DNA from: a virus
Reading direction: 5' to 3' (one strand)
Length of the DNA stretch: 64,000 nt
IMG/VR virus record: IMGVR_UViG_3300047550_004845
Span: 7,906 to 71,905 of that record
Shown: piece after piece, positions 54,401 to 64,000 of the stretch
Layout of the letters: each line of letters opens with the position of its first letter
Numbering within the stretch: position 1 is the stretch's first letter
Translations under genes and position numbers: made by a program
The notes under the pieces: generated by a model
Told to the model about the DNA's origin: nothing
Database searches by the model: none
What the model saw: the letters and a program-made list of their open reading frames with translations, nothing else

Positions 54401-56752
54401 ATGCCAAATCTTATCGGAACTGGAAACAACCAAGTCCCTACTAATGGGATGCTAGGAGGTCTAGCCTATCAATCCCCCGATAGTGTTGTCATCAATAATT
54501 TAGAGCTCACCAATCTCTCTGGTCACTCCTCGGTGATCCCGAGCACCGCGGTGGATGTTTTCGTCTACGATACCCGCAAGGACTCCGATGGTGGGGCATG
54601 GAGGAAGCGGACCCAACACACCTCTTGGTACAATGAGACACTCAACACTCCCACAAGAGGGAGCAGGAGGGAGTTCCCCGCGGTGGCCGTGATCGTCGCC
54701 TCAACATCTCCAAATAGAGTTACTGTCTATGACGGCGATGATCCAGATATGCCGATGTGGATGGTGTTTACATCAAATGTAAATCAATATGGTGCAATAT
54801 TCAATAATAGAAGCGTAGTTTCTGTAGTTGCAGTAAATGGTAGTATTATATGGGCTGATAGTTTAGATAGTGTTGTTGATGTATCCTTTATTAAAGATAC
54901 TATTACTTCCACTGCAGTAAGCGGTAGTTGGAATTCCATGAGAAACGTACTGAACAGAAATCCAACTGATACAAATAATCTGTGGACAAATTATAACTCA
55001 TCTAGGGCACTTATTTCGTATCCTTTGTACGATGTAGCAACGACAGTACTTCCAAATGCGCCAATCGATCCCTCTACTGGCCTCCCAGTCCCTACAGTCG
55101 CTGTTGCGACTCAAGGTGGTGTGACTATGATCAAAGATGATGGGACGGTGGAGAATACCGATAACGCCGCGATTCTCAAACTTGGATTTGTTAAGGGGGA
55201 CAGATTAGCGTACGGTCATAGAGCCGGTTACGAGTATGCCGGAAGAGCGATAAACGTCTCTCCGTTTAGAAACTCATTCTCCTACGGATTTTATGTCAAC
55301 TCCACAACTCCGTCTTTTGGTTATCAAGAAGGTTCTGCAGGAAAGATTTTAGGAGTTGGGGATGGGTACGTGTACGGTTACGATTATGCGGGCATAAGAA
55401 GGATACTGGAGGATGAGACGAATAAGGCGAATGGGATGGCTAACTATATAGGAACCACGTACAACACCGGATGGATGCACGGAGACATCAAAGGTGCTTG
55501 GTTGAGTGATACAAGTACTGCAAGCGTGACTGGGACTGAGTTAGTTACAAATGGGACTTTTGATAGTAATACCACTGGATGGACTACATTTAACTCAACA
55601 AATACTTGGTCTTCTGGCGCAATGCAGATCACCAGGAGTGGTGGTTCTGGAGCAGTAACATATCAAGCATTTACAACTGTTGCAGGACAAAGATATGTTG
55701 CTACAGCTACCGTAAATTCCTCTGGAAGTAGAGGAGATATGTATATTATGAATGGAACTGGATGGGCAGGAACACAGTTAGCTGGAATAACTGGAACTAC
55801 TGGTCAAACCAGACAATTAACTGCATATTTTACTGCAGCTAGTACTACTACTACTTTAGGATTTGCTATTGATGCGAATGGAACATCGATTATCGTAGAT
55901 AATGTTTCTGTTCGTCGTGAAGAATTAGATCGCAGTGTAAATAATCAAGGTCTTGCGGTATACGGAACTCTCACCAAAACATCCGTTGCAACTAATGCAG
56001 ATTTGGTCGCATATAGTGGATTTAGTACGACCAACTACCTCTCCCAACCATACAACTCATCATTAAATTTTAACACTGGTAGTTTCAGTCTTCTTGCGTG
56101 GATATACCCAACAGGAACTTCTGTGGGTGCAATTATTGGAAGAGGGGGTAATGGTGTTTATGGACCATACGCACTTAATTACTACAATAATAAGATAACA
56201 TTCGTGTGTTCTAGTGACTGGAATGAAAGTACGGATTTAGGTAGTTGGGGAACATTGTTAGCTGAAGTTGGAAATGTTCCATTAAATACTTGGTCTTTTA
56301 TTTCTGTTACATTCTCGGGGACTACCGCGAGAGTTTTTGTAAATGGTTCCGTAGTTGCAACACAGACAAATGCAGTAAATCCAAAGGCACCTACTTCTAA
56401 CTTCATACCCACAATGGTTGGCGTAGAGAGAGTTCCTTTAAGCGGTTCCATAGGAAGACCCTTTCCAGGTTCTCTTGCTTTAGTTAGAGCCTCGGCATCA
56501 GCGCCATCTCCAGAACAAATCCTAAAGATTTACAATGACGAGAAAGCACTCTTCCAAGAAAACTCTAAAGCAACACTGTATGGCTCTAGTGATACTGTAA
56601 CCGCAATCGCCTACGACGATACCACCCGCCTCCTCCACGTGGGTACCCCCTCAGGCCGTAGCGATTTCCAAGGTCTGGAGAGAGTGGCTAACACCACCAC
56701 CGCGGTGAGTACCGCGATCAGTGCCTCCAATGGCCTGGTAGCCGAACAGTAA
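54401..56752 (+). CDS. LamG/carbohydrate-binding-domain virion protein
   Basis: DVFVYDTRKDSDGGAWRKR, ELVTNGTFD module, LamG-like WIYP...W.FISVTF.G...VFVNG. Confidence 0.8.
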   Translation: MPNLIGTGNNQVPTNGMLGGLAYQSPDSVVINNLELTNLSGHSSVIPSTAVDVFVYDTRKDSDGGAWRKRTQHTSWYNETLNTPTRGSRREFPAVAVIVASTSPNRVTVYDGDDPDMPMWMVFTSNVNQYGAIFNNRSVVSVVAVNGSIIWADSLDSVVDVSFIKDTITSTAVSGSWNSMRNVLNRNPTDTNNLWTNYNSSRALISYPLYDVATTVLPNAPIDPSTGLPVPTVAVATQGGVTMIKDDGTVENTDNAAILKLGFVKGDRLAYGHRAGYEYAGRAINVSPFRNSFSYGFYVNSTTPSFGYQEGSAGKILGVGDGYVYGYDYAGIRRILEDETNKANGMANYIGTTYNTGWMHGDIKGAWLSDTSTASVTGTELVTNGTFDSNTTGWTTFNSTNTWSSGAMQITRSGGSGAVTYQAFTTVAGQRYVATATVNSSGSRGDMYIMNGTGWAGTQLAGITGTTGQTRQLTAYFTAASTTTTLGFAIDANGTSIIVDNVSVRREELDRSVNNQGLAVYGTLTKTSVATNADLVAYSGFSTTNYLSQPYNSSLNFNTGSFSLLAWIYPTGTSVGAIIGRGGNGVYGPYALNYYNNKITFVCSSDWNESTDLGSWGTLLAEVGNVPLNTWSFISVTFSGTTARVFVNGSVVATQTNAVNPKAPTSNFIPTMVGVERVPLSGSIGRPFPGSLALVRASASAPSPEQILKIYNDEKALFQENSKATLYGSSDTVTAIAYDDTTRLLHVGTPSGRSDFQGLERVANTTTAVSTAISASNGLVAEQ

Positions 56753-56770
56753 GAACCTGATTACCCTCCC

Positions 56771-57949
56771 ATGGCAGTAACAATCACCAAACCAGCGGTC
56801 AACATACGGGAGAAACTCTCCCAGCTCGAGAGGCCTATAGGCATCAATGGCGCCTCACTGATGGCGACTAATACTCCTCAGGACGCCATGGGGATCCTCG
56901 GAGTTGGAAATAGGAACTTAGTTATTAATGGTGCGATGAATGTAGATCAGAGAAACTCGGGTGTTGCTAATACAATAACTGTAGGAATATCTGTTCTTTA
57001 CGCTCCGGATAGGTGGTTTGCTCAAAATGTAAATGGATCTTCCACGTACACAGTAGAAAGATCCTCGGTATCCCCACCGCCAGGGTTTTCTAACTCCCTA
57101 CTGGTCACTACTACATCAGCTGCGGCAGTTTCAGCAACAGATAGTAAACATATCTCCCAATACATCGAGGGGTTAAATACTATTCCTCTGGCTTTCGGGA
57201 CTTCTTCGGCAAAGTCATTCACTATCTCCTTTTGGGTTAAAAGTTCTTTAACTGGATCGTTCGGAGTTGGATTCGCTAACGGTGCCGGAAACAGATCATA
57301 CGTTAGTCAGTATAGTATAAATTCTGCAAATACTTGGGAGTATAAGTCAATCACCGTGCCCGGAGATACTTCCGGAACGTGGACAACAGATAATACTGCT
57401 GGATTGCGTGTTGGGTTTAATCTTGGTAGTGGTTCTAATTTTAACGGCACTTTAAATACGTGGGGAACTGCCGGAGCTGGTAGAGGGGCATTTTCTGGTG
57501 TAACCGCTCCACTCACAGTCTCTGGAGCAACATGGCAGATTTCTGGAGTACAAATAGAGATAGGAAAAACCGCAACTCCTTTTGAATATCGTAGTTATAC
57601 GCAGGAACTTGCGTTGTGCCAGAGGTACTATCAACTAATAGGTAAAACTTCAAGTACTAATGACGTTTTTGCTTCTGGATTTGTTGATGGTACAAGTTTT
57701 TACGGAGGAGGATTTTTAAAACAAACGATGAGAACTGCCCCCGCAGTTTCATATACTGGTAATATTGGCGACCTCAATTATACGCATCCATCCGCATCAT
57801 TTACAGTAAATTCAATTGCATCATATCAATCAAATCCAGATTCATATGTGATTAGATTAACCAGCGCAACTAGTGGTACAACTGGATACGGTGCTTACGC
57901 AAGATCAGTCACCTCTAGTACTGCTATTACATTTTCTGCGGAGCTTTAA
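56771..57949 (+). CDS. Tail fibre / receptor-binding protein
   Basis: RNLVINGAM.VDQR, GVQIEIG..ATPFEYRSY.QELALCQRYY, MRTAP. Confidence 0.8.
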   Translation: MAVTITKPAVNIREKLSQLERPIGINGASLMATNTPQDAMGILGVGNRNLVINGAMNVDQRNSGVANTITVGISVLYAPDRWFAQNVNGSSTYTVERSSVSPPPGFSNSLLVTTTSAAAVSATDSKHISQYIEGLNTIPLAFGTSSAKSFTISFWVKSSLTGSFGVGFANGAGNRSYVSQYSINSANTWEYKSITVPGDTSGTWTTDNTAGLRVGFNLGSGSNFNGTLNTWGTAGAGRGAFSGVTAPLTVSGATWQISGVQIEIGKTATPFEYRSYTQELALCQRYYQLIGKTSSTNDVFASGFVDGTSFYGGGFLKQTMRTAPAVSYTGNIGDLNYTHPSASFTVNSIASYQSNPDSYVIRLTSATSGTTGYGAYARSVTSSTAITFSAEL

Positions 57950-57951
57950 AG

Positions 57952-58692
57952 ATGTATAAACTGATTCAAGATGAGTACTCAAGTAACATCGTATGTATAA
58001 AAAACATAGATACATATACTTTATTTCCTTTAGTTGAAGAAAATTCCGATTATCAACGTTTCATCCAAGACGTTGCCGAACAAGGCATCGAGATCGTGGA
58101 GGGTCCGGACATCCGTGAGCCATCGTACGTCGAACTTCGCCAGGCCGCCTATCCCTCCCTCCAGGATCAGCAGGACATGCAGTACTGGGACGCCATCAAC
58201 AGCACCACTATCTGGCAGGATACCATCACCTCGATCAAGGAGCAATACCCCAAGACCATCACCGGCGGGACCACCATCGGCCCTGTGCCATCCTGGGTCC
58301 AAGAGGCCGCGGATAACTGGGTATTTAACAGGCAACTCAGGGAATACATCACGGCTCTCGACCGCCTCTCCCAGTACATTCTGTCCGAAGGCCGCCCGGA
58401 AATCACCGAGGAGGTGGTGATTGGCCAAGAACCCACATTGGATGAGAACGGAAATTCCTCTCTCAAACCCATTACCCAGACCCTTATCACCCAAACCGCC
58501 ATCGAACCTCTCCCCGAGTTCGTAGATATCACCTCTATCGACCCGGAGACGATGGAACCCGTGACAGAGACGATCCGCAATCCCGAGATCGTCCGCGACG
58601 AGACGGAGAGGGCCGAGGCTCAGAGGATCGTAGATATTACCCCTCAGGCCGTCAAGGACGCCGTCGAGGATGTTGTCTCCGAGGTCCCGTAG
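57952..58692 (+). CDS. Tail fibre assembly/associated protein
   Basis: ENSDYQRF, Y..LR..AYPS.QDQ.DMQYWD......WQD.I..IKEQYPK. Confidence 0.7.
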   Translation: MYKLIQDEYSSNIVCIKNIDTYTLFPLVEENSDYQRFIQDVAEQGIEIVEGPDIREPSYVELRQAAYPSLQDQQDMQYWDAINSTTIWQDTITSIKEQYPKTITGGTTIGPVPSWVQEAADNWVFNRQLREYITALDRLSQYILSEGRPEITEEVVIGQEPTLDENGNSSLKPITQTLITQTAIEPLPEFVDITSIDPETMEPVTETIRNPEIVRDETERAEAQRIVDITPQAVKDAVEDVVSEVP

Positions 58693-58742
58693 ACCTCACC
58701 TCCCGAGTTTAAAGACAGGTATAGTATCGGGCGTTATAGTAG

Positions 58743-59852
58743 ATGTATCTTGGAAGATCGCCGGTTATAGGATCGCAGAAACTCCTCGATAGCATCGAGT
58801 CGCAGTTCAACGGCGTCCTGACTACCTTCAACCTTCGCTACGGAGGCATCCCCACCTACCCCACTCTCTCCGCTGGAGTAATAGTCTCGCTGGGTGGTGT
58901 GCTCCAGGAACCAGGGCAGTCTTACACCATCTCTTCGGACAAGATCGTCTTCTCCGAGGCGCCCCAGGCGGACACCGACTGCTGGATGCTGCTCTACAGC
59001 CAGTTTGGCTCGGCGCAGGTCTCGGCGCACTCGCAACTCACCGGGTTGGCGGGAGATGACCACACCCAGTACCTCCACTCGACAGTCACTAGGACCGGGG
59101 TCACCGCGGAGATCAACACGACCGGCAAGATCACCACGACCTCGAGTCTCGGAGTCGGGACCACCTCCCCGAACTTCATCAGTGTCAACGCGAACTCCAG
59201 GTGCCTCTCGGTCGTCGGCGATGGCACCACTCTCACCGCCCGCGGGGTCCTGGAGCTGAGGAACCCGATCGCGGACGCGAGTGGTATCACACTCGGGACC
59301 ATATACTTCGTCGGCAGCGGCACAGGGAACTTCTCTGAGATCCGGGCCGTCACCAGTGGAAGTGGTGGTGCGAACGGATTCGGTAACGAGTTGAGATTCG
59401 CCACCAAGGACGACAACGGGGTCTCTTCTAACAAACTCTATATCCTATCCAACGGGAACGTCGCGATAGGAACAAACACTACCACGTACAAACTCGAGGT
59501 GAATGGGTCGTTCGCGGCGACGACCAAGTCCTTCGTCATTCCCCACCCCACCAAGCCAGGGTACAGGCTCCGTCACGGAAGCTTGGAGGGTCCGGAGAAC
59601 GGTGTCTACGTGAGAGGCCGGAGCGACTCCGGAGTGGTGGAGTTACCTGAGTACTGGGTGGGTCTCGTGGACCCTGAGTCGATCACTGCCCATCTCACTC
59701 CTATCGGTCAGAACGCTAATATCTGGGTTGAAAGGATAGCAGATAATAAGGTCTACGTAGGTAGGGAGGACGTTACCACCCTCTACTCCTACGTTATTTT
59801 CGCGGAACGTACCGACGTCGAGCGCCTCGAAGTTGAAATCCCAGACAATTAA
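58743..59852 (+). CDS. Tail fibre protein
   Basis: FNGV.TTF.L, VSLGGVLQEP, GSFAATTKSFVIPHPTK...LRHGSLEGPENGVYVRG; GTTTAAAG at 58707. Confidence 0.82.
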   Translation: MYLGRSPVIGSQKLLDSIESQFNGVLTTFNLRYGGIPTYPTLSAGVIVSLGGVLQEPGQSYTISSDKIVFSEAPQADTDCWMLLYSQFGSAQVSAHSQLTGLAGDDHTQYLHSTVTRTGVTAEINTTGKITTTSSLGVGTTSPNFISVNANSRCLSVVGDGTTLTARGVLELRNPIADASGITLGTIYFVGSGTGNFSEIRAVTSGSGGANGFGNELRFATKDDNGVSSNKLYILSNGNVAIGTNTTTYKLEVNGSFAATTKSFVIPHPTKPGYRLRHGSLEGPENGVYVRGRSDSGVVELPEYWVGLVDPESITAHLTPIGQNANIWVERIADNKVYVGREDVTTLYSYVIFAERTDVERLEVEIPDN

Positions 59853-59860
59853 TCCACACC

Positions 59861-62146
59861 ATGTCCCAGCATATCGGCCCCAGAGTGATCAGTGCTACCG
59901 GCGGAAGCATCAAGAGAGTCGGTCCTTACCGGATACACACCTTCCCGAGTGAGTTAGTCACGGACGGATTGGTACTCAATCTTGACGCGGGTGACCCACG
60001 TTCGTACCCTGGTAGTGGGACTACATGGACTGATTTGAGTGGTAGGGGATATAATGGTACTTTAGTTAATTCTAGTTATAGCAATGGAGATGGTGGAAAT
60101 ATTTCCTTTAATGGAACAAATGCAAAAGTAACTTTCCCAAGTACCAACATTCCGTTAAATGGAGCTGTAACAATTTCAGTATGGTTCAAATCTTCTTCTG
60201 GAACATCGTATCAAAATATTTTTGATACTCCAGATAATACTAGTGGCATTTGGATTACAACAAATTATAACTCTAATACTGGGAAATTATTTGCATCATT
60301 TAGTACCACAAGTAATTTTTTACAGGCTTCGTATTCGGCAAACACTTGGTACAATCTTGTGCTTGTTGGGGATAATAATATTGGTGCGTCATTATACTTA
60401 AATGGAGTTTTAGTATCATCAAATACAGTAAAAAATGTTCCCTCAATGGTTGATTTAAATACTGCAAGACTTGGGAACGTTGACGCAGATAGAGCAAATG
60501 AGTGGTTTAATGGTAATATATCAGCATTTCAAGTTTATAACCGTGCTCTCTCAGCAGCAGAAGTCGCACAGAACTATGATGCTCTCAAAGTAAGATACAC
60601 ATCATACACAAATACATTCACTCCTTTGTGTGCCGGTAATAGTGGAAAGGTAGAAGTCTTATGTGTTGCTGGTGGTGGTGGCGGTGGTAGTCAACATGGA
60701 GGTGGCGGTGGTGGAGCAGGAGGTCTGCTCTATAACTCGGCGTTTTCTGTAAATTCTAGTAGTGGAATTGGAGTTACTATCGGAGCTGGTGGTGCCCCGG
60801 AGGCTAATGGGGGAAATAGTGTATTCTCATCACTAACCGCCATTGGTGGCGGTAGAGGAGGTAGTGAGGCTAGTTTTCAAAATGGTAGCGCCGGCGGTTC
60901 AGGCGGCGGAGGGTCCGGGTTTACTACTGCAACTACTGGAAGTTCTGGGACCTCTGGGCAGGGATTTTCTGGTGGTAGAGGAGGATTTCCGGACACCGGA
61001 TCCTCGTACGGGCATGGTGGCGGAGGCGGTGGAGCTGGTGGGGTCGGAGGAGATGGAACTGAAGGTAATGGAACTAGTGCTGGAACTGCAGGAAATGGGG
61101 GTGCAGGATTGCTTTATAATATATCCGGAACGCCTCAATTTTACGCTGGTGGTGGAGGAGGGGGATTCTGGGGAACAATTAATGCAGGGGGATTAGGAGG
61201 TAGTGGGGTAGGAGGAAAAGGTGGGGAGAATGGTGGATCGAATGTTAGTCCAGCGACAAATGGAATTCCAAACACCGGATCCGGTGGTGGTGGATCTCAA
61301 GGATTACCTGATGCAAATAGTCAAAGAAACTCATCGAATGGTTCCAATGGTATCGTAATCGTTCGTTATCCAGCAACTGATTATAATGTTGAGTTACTTA
61401 TAGTTGGTGGTGGTGGAGCTGGTGGTGGTTCTGCTACTAGTGCTGGTGGTGGAGGCGGTGGTGGAGCAGGTGGATTACTATATTACTCATCGTATTCAGT
61501 ATCTGCAGGAACAAAATACACTGTTACAGTTGGTGCAGGTGGAACAGGTCAAAATGCAACTACTGGAGCAAATGGTGGCAATGGAAATAATTCTGTTTTT
61601 GGACCATTAGTTGCCTTTGGAGGTGGTGGTGGTGGATCTGGTGGAATTGGTGGAAATACTGGAAATAATGGTGGTTCTGGAGGTGGTGGAGGATATAGAG
61701 TTTACAATACAGTAGCAAATGGAGGATTTGGTGTTGCTGGGCAAGGTAATAATGGGGGTGGAGTTTTAAGTATAAGTGCTTCAGGTGCTGGTGGTGGTGG
61801 TGCTGGTGGTGCTGGGCAATCAAATACTGGATCTGGTGGTGGAGTTGGTGGACTTGGTGGCGTAGGACTAAGTTATGCAATTACAGGATCTTCAGTTACT
61901 TATGCTACTGGTGGTCAAGGTGGAGAAGCTAGTAGTACTATAGGATCTGCAAATACAGGAAATGGTGGTGCGGGTACTTATGCAGCCGCAAATACAAATA
62001 CTGGATATGCAGGTGGCTCAGGTATCGTCATCATTGCCTATCAGGGACCACAAAGAGGTATTGGAGGAACAGTAGACACAACATCCAGACCAGGTTACAC
62101 CCTCCATAAATTCACGACAGTGGGTACCGATTTCTTTATCCCATGA
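59861..62146 (+). CDS. LamG plus glycine-rich-domain virion protein
   Basis: VTDGLVLNLDAG...SYPGSGTTWTDLSG, YNRALSA.EV.QNY, two GGGGG-rich domains closed by GIVIVRY and GIVIIAY. Confidence 0.85.
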   Translation: MSQHIGPRVISATGGSIKRVGPYRIHTFPSELVTDGLVLNLDAGDPRSYPGSGTTWTDLSGRGYNGTLVNSSYSNGDGGNISFNGTNAKVTFPSTNIPLNGAVTISVWFKSSSGTSYQNIFDTPDNTSGIWITTNYNSNTGKLFASFSTTSNFLQASYSANTWYNLVLVGDNNIGASLYLNGVLVSSNTVKNVPSMVDLNTARLGNVDADRANEWFNGNISAFQVYNRALSAAEVAQNYDALKVRYTSYTNTFTPLCAGNSGKVEVLCVAGGGGGGSQHGGGGGGAGGLLYNSAFSVNSSSGIGVTIGAGGAPEANGGNSVFSSLTAIGGGRGGSEASFQNGSAGGSGGGGSGFTTATTGSSGTSGQGFSGGRGGFPDTGSSYGHGGGGGGAGGVGGDGTEGNGTSAGTAGNGGAGLLYNISGTPQFYAGGGGGGFWGTINAGGLGGSGVGGKGGENGGSNVSPATNGIPNTGSGGGGSQGLPDANSQRNSSNGSNGIVIVRYPATDYNVELLIVGGGGAGGGSATSAGGGGGGGAGGLLYYSSYSVSAGTKYTVTVGAGGTGQNATTGANGGNGNNSVFGPLVAFGGGGGGSGGIGGNTGNNGGSGGGGGYRVYNTVANGGFGVAGQGNNGGGVLSISASGAGGGGAGGAGQSNTGSGGGVGGLGGVGLSYAITGSSVTYATGGQGGEASSTIGSANTGNGGAGTYAAANTNTGYAGGSGIVIIAYQGPQRGIGGTVDTTSRPGYTLHKFTTVGTDFFIP

Positions 62147-62376
62147 TGGAAGAGTATCTAGGATTATTTGGAGTTGACGTTGCGATCAAAAAACTACGTC
62201 CAGGTGCGGAGTTTGCACTGTATAATACGACATTTACCATGTGGGACTGCCCTAATGGTACCTCTCCCCCTACCTGGGAAGAAGTAATGGCGCAGATGGA
62301 GGCAGATCGGGCAGAGGCGGAACGCCTCGCCCTCTCTGATTCCAACTCGGGAGGAGAAGAAAAATCCGTAGTTTAA
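62143..62376 (+). CDS. Small fibre-associated protein
   Basis: AIKKLRPGAEF.L......W......PPTWEEV. Confidence 0.7.
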   Translation: MMEEYLGLFGVDVAIKKLRPGAEFALYNTTFTMWDCPNGTSPPTWEEVMAQMEADRAEAERLALSDSNSGGEEKSVV

Positions 62377-62410
62377 AGTCACTATAGATAAGTAAATATC
62401 ACCACTTCTC

Positions 62411-62878
62411 ATGGCCCTCTCCGACAAGGACATCGTCATAACCCCGAACCGAGGGTCGGCATCGGCGGCCCCTAAGATCGTCTTCAGCGCCGCCTCGAGT
62501 AGCTTCGCGGGCCAAGATATCACGCTCGAGGTGATTCCCGGTCCTAACGCGTCCGATGGCTCCACCATCACCTTTACCGGTGAGCAGAACGGGACCCTCA
62601 TGGCCATCTCCGACGATATCGGAGGGGCATTATTCAGTGTGAGCAACTCCTCGGGCCTCCCGCTACTCGAGGTGAGTGAGACCGGGAACGTCACGCTCGG
62701 TCTCGCCACGGGGGCCCTGGGACTGCCGAGCGGAACCACGGCCCAACGTCCTAGTGTCCCCCAGGCGGGGTACGAGAGGTGGAATACGGAGACCGGCTCG
62801 AAGGAGATCTACGATGGCACAGCGTGGGTGGAGATCATCACGGACTACGTGCCAAGTGGCTCTACCATCTTAGGCTGA
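62411..62878 (+). CDS. Virion structural protein
   Basis: MALSDKDIVITPN, FSVSN.SGLP.LEV, LPSGTTAQRP...G.ERWNT; GTTTAAAG at 62371. Confidence 0.78.
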   Translation: MALSDKDIVITPNRGSASAAPKIVFSAASSSFAGQDITLEVIPGPNASDGSTITFTGEQNGTLMAISDDIGGALFSVSNSSGLPLLEVSETGNVTLGLATGALGLPSGTTAQRPSVPQAGYERWNTETGSKEIYDGTAWVEIITDYVPSGSTILG

Positions 62879-62893
62879 GGAGGATAGACAATC

Positions 62894-64000
62894 ATGGCGA
62901 ACGAGTACTTACAGAGAATCCCCACAAGTGCCGGCAATCGTAGGGTATGGACCTGGAGCGGATGGGCAAAAAATCATAAACTATCACAATCTGGAACCGG
63001 TCAAGATGTTTATTTTTGCGCTGCTGGCCAATCTACCCTATACTATAGAACAAGAGTAGCAAAGTATATCCAGACAAACGGAAACGACTTTGGACTTAAT
63101 CATACTGAATCTACCGATTATCAAGTAACTTCCTCCGCGTTACAGAGAGATTTTGGTGGTTGGGTGCACTACATGGTGTCTGTGGATACAACGGCATCAA
63201 CAGCGCAGGAAAGGACCCAACTATTTATAAATGGAGTCCTGCAGAAAAGTCTACTCACTACTGGATTTGTAACTCAGAACCTACAGACATACGTAAACGG
63301 ACTGACAAAGCACGGGATCGGTGTTGATTACGGTAACGGAACGGATCCGTCTAACTACTCCAGAAACCAATTTACTGATATATTCTTCGTGGATGGTCAG
63401 GCTTTAACCCCCGACGTATTCGGGTTCAATAAGCCAGGAAAGGGGTACATCTCCGCCGGTTCCGCGCTCTCCACCGATTTCCGTCCGGGCCAGTGGGTTC
63501 CCAAAAAGCCCAGAGTGATTATTGCTGATATCAATCGTCGTGGTGGGTTCGGAGTGAATGGGTTCTACCTGCCGATGAACGATAGTAATAACTTCGGCGC
63601 TGACTTTCACTGCACCCCAAACAGCATCCTCAAGCTCCAGGAGAATCTTCCCCAGCCAAGATGCAGGGTAGATGGAGTTGGGGATTATACCGGGGCGCTT
63701 CGCGACGATCCATTTAAGCAATATTTACTATTCGCCCAGCCAAATGTTCTTGGCGGTTTGCAGAGCGGGTACGGAGATTATTCACATGTAATACGCGGTT
63801 CAGGTACTCCGAAAACCATAACCGGAGGCAGCAGCGGTACTCCAACTATATCCACTTCTCAAAGTCTTTACTACGGATCGTCTTTATATTTTGATGGTAA
63901 TGATACTATTAATGTAGAAACAAGTGATTCTAATTATCTTGGAAGAGATTTTACTATAGAGTTTTGGGTATGGCATGATTCCGCGTATCCAATTAGTCAG
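62894..64000 (+). CDS. LamG-domain tail fibre protein (runs off the window)
   Basis: MANEYLQRIPTSAGNRRVWTWSGW...FVDGQAL.P..FG...GGFGVNGFYLPMND; absent from the ORF track because no stop lies in the window. Confidence 0.85.
   Translation, partial: MANEYLQRIPTSAGNRRVWTWSGWAKNHKLSQSGTGQDVYFCAAGQSTLYYRTRVAKYIQTNGNDFGLNHTESTDYQVTSSALQRDFGGWVHYMVSVDTTASTAQERTQLFINGVLQKSLLTTGFVTQNLQTYVNGLTKHGIGVDYGNGTDPSNYSRNQFTDIFFVDGQALTPDVFGFNKPGKGYISAGSALSTDFRPGQWVPKKPRVIIADINRRGGFGVNGFYLPMNDSNNFGADFHCTPNSILKLQENLPQPRCRVDGVGDYTGALRDDPFKQYLLFAQPNVLGGLQSGYGDYSHVIRGSGTPKTITGGSSGTPTISTSQSLYYGSSLYFDGNDTINVETSDSNYLGRDFTIEFWVWHDSAYPISQ

Noticed and set aside
60660-62020. GGT/GGA-rich repeats as a CRISPR or DNA repeat array
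   Set aside because: They encode glycine-rich protein domains; there is no repeat-spacer structure.
53176-64000. Diversity-generating retroelement or invertible fibre cassette
   Set aside because: No reverse transcriptase, invertase, template/variable repeat pair or flanking inverted repeats seen in the window.

Overview
This is a 64-kb segment of a lytic cyanophage, a myovirus that is not T4-like. It has Mu-like head and neck genes (gp29-like portal, protease/scaffold, gp36 and gp37-like proteins), a contractile tail (sheath and tube) and a mitochondrial Pol-gamma-like family A DNA polymerase of the kind reported for cyanophage S-TIM5. Layout: (1) 1-11.8 kb holds host-derived and auxiliary genes (psbA 3' end, a ferredoxin-dependent bilin reductase, a Dam-like protein lacking its catalytic motifs, speD, a GlcG/HbpS haem-binding protein, an SLH porin-like protein, two hli genes, a 43-aa CP12, a DenV-like glycosylase). 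It also has 8 recognisable tRNAs, 2 atypical tRNA-like RNAs and a ~1.3-kb island of structured non-coding modules. (2) 11.8-14.5 kb is the DNA polymerase. (3) 14.5-26 kb is a compositionally mosaic array of small genes, including an RNA ligase, a phosphoesterase, paralog families and frameshifted relics. (4) 26-64 kb holds lysis and virion genes in several divergent operons, most preceded by a strand-matched GTTTAAAG motif (putative late promoter). One copy of that motif lies inside the protease gene ahead of a nested scaffold start. All calls come from reading motifs by eye; no searches or folding programs were run. The best candidates for new biology are the ncRNA island, the mini-CP12, the GTTTAAAG regulon and the Dam-like and LOG-like pseudo-enzymes.
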